Positions 62,811 through 64,000 of a DNA stretch of 64,000 bases are shown here, one piece after another (position 1 is the stretch's first letter; every line of letters starts with the position of its first letter). Source of the DNA: Octopus sinensis (lineage: Eukaryota); contig NC_042997.1 of NCBI RefSeq assembly GCF_006345805.1, forward strand, positions 202,926,001-202,990,000. The letters run 5' to 3'. The notes beneath the pieces were generated by a model. That model ran no database searches and had not been told where the DNA came from. It saw only the letters and a list, made by a program, of their open reading frames with translations. The position numbers and the translations under genes are program-made.

Positions 62811-64000
62811 TGTAAGATATTCTCATTTATTATCCTCAGTCCTTTATAAACTGAATTATTTTCGTGTGTTGAACACTGTGTCTAGTGTCTCCAACTTATC
62901 TAGCTGTCTTAACAACATGATATAATGGTTGATGTAAAGTAGCAGTGGTAATGGGGGTATCTGTCTTTAAAATAAATGAAAACAAATCTTCAAACTGAAA
63001 AATTCTGTCTGCAACTAGAAATTATTCTGATTTTCTTTACTTTTTCTTTTTTTAAATTCACTCTACATATTCCAAATTATCTGTACCATAATGTCCTCAA
63101 AACTGGAAATCTCTTCAATTTTCTGACTGAAAGTCTCATAGTTTCTGTAGAGGAAATATTTTTTTTCTTTTATTGAAAAAGACAGTGTCTAGCACAATCA
63201 GCTACTTCATTTTCCATGTTTCTGTCCTTCCTACTGTCTTTCTCTTCAACAAGGATTTCTCTAAGCATTATTTAAAATAATGTTCTATTTGTCATGCAGA
63301 TCACTTTACACACTCCTGTTCAACCGTTGTCTTCATATCTTTATCTTATTTCTCTCTTTCTCTCTCTCTCTCAACATTTCTCATTCCCTTTCTCTTTTTA
63401 TTCCTTTCTTTCATTTCCTTCTCCTTTCTGGCTGTTTGCCTGGCCTCTTTTTTAATGGGTCAGATTTTCTTTTCTGGTGTCGTTAAAAAAATAAAATCAA
63501 TTTAAATGATTATCGAAATTAATTAGAGAGTTGAATCCTGCAAACAGTATAAATGAGAATTTACTCCAGTAAATTATTTTATTGTATGTTTTTATTTTGT
63601 AAAAATATATAATTTAAAGTAATTTGCTCAGTGAAAGAACTTTTCTATTTTCTTATTTATGATGGGTAATACACATTAGCTTTTAATTGTGACGAACTTG
63701 TATTTAATTTATTATCAGCAGAAACAAGACAATGAAAATATCTAGTATAAGAGAAAAGAAAAGAATTATTCTAAAATTATGGTGTTCTCAATAAAAATAT
63801 CTTTTGCATGAATTTGAAAATTGTTTTTTTTTTTTTGTTTCTGTAACTGTGCCATTCCTATAAAATTACATGGCATTGATATTTTTGACACTGTTCATGT
63901 ACAATTGTTTGTTTATTCTTATATATTAAAAAAAAAAGAGAAATTCTGTGCTGCAAAGAACAGTAGATTGATTTCATTGTAATGTAGATAAATGTCTGCT

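Overview
AT-rich, repeat-dense animal genomic DNA, most likely a cephalopod (Octopus-type SINE/RTE repeat families recognised from memory; not database-checked). The window is almost entirely intronic. The only host coding sequence I can support is two small + strand exons (34509-34580 and 45125-45165, 10,544-bp intron). They splice in frame to xRDKGQISRIKKLKRRISASFGRLTISKEETIHESDHE, matching the N-terminal motif of PFTAIRE kinase CDK14/Eip63E. The kinase domain and the start exon are not identified. The rest is a transposon graveyard: at least four tRNA-headed SINE families, many 5'-truncated RTE LINE 3' ends plus RT fragments, a decayed Tigger/pogo with TIRs, an internally deleted DD37D (maT) Tc1/mariner, a POGK-like pogo remnant, a Helitron Rep remnant, a HINE-like element, TTAA-flanked MITEs and many microsatellites. 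The most interesting items are: (1) a tRNA-headed element whose tail carries a hammerhead-ribozyme-like core and is duplicated in inverted orientation, Penelope-style; (2) several long fold-back hairpins inside the CDK14 introns (candidate dsRNA/ADAR substrates); (3) an exact 150-bp locally templated insertion breaking the Tigger transposase; (4) a SINE that forms tandem units with a fixed palindromic junction. Repeat boundaries are approximate unless stated as exact. Family letters (B, C, D) are my own labels.
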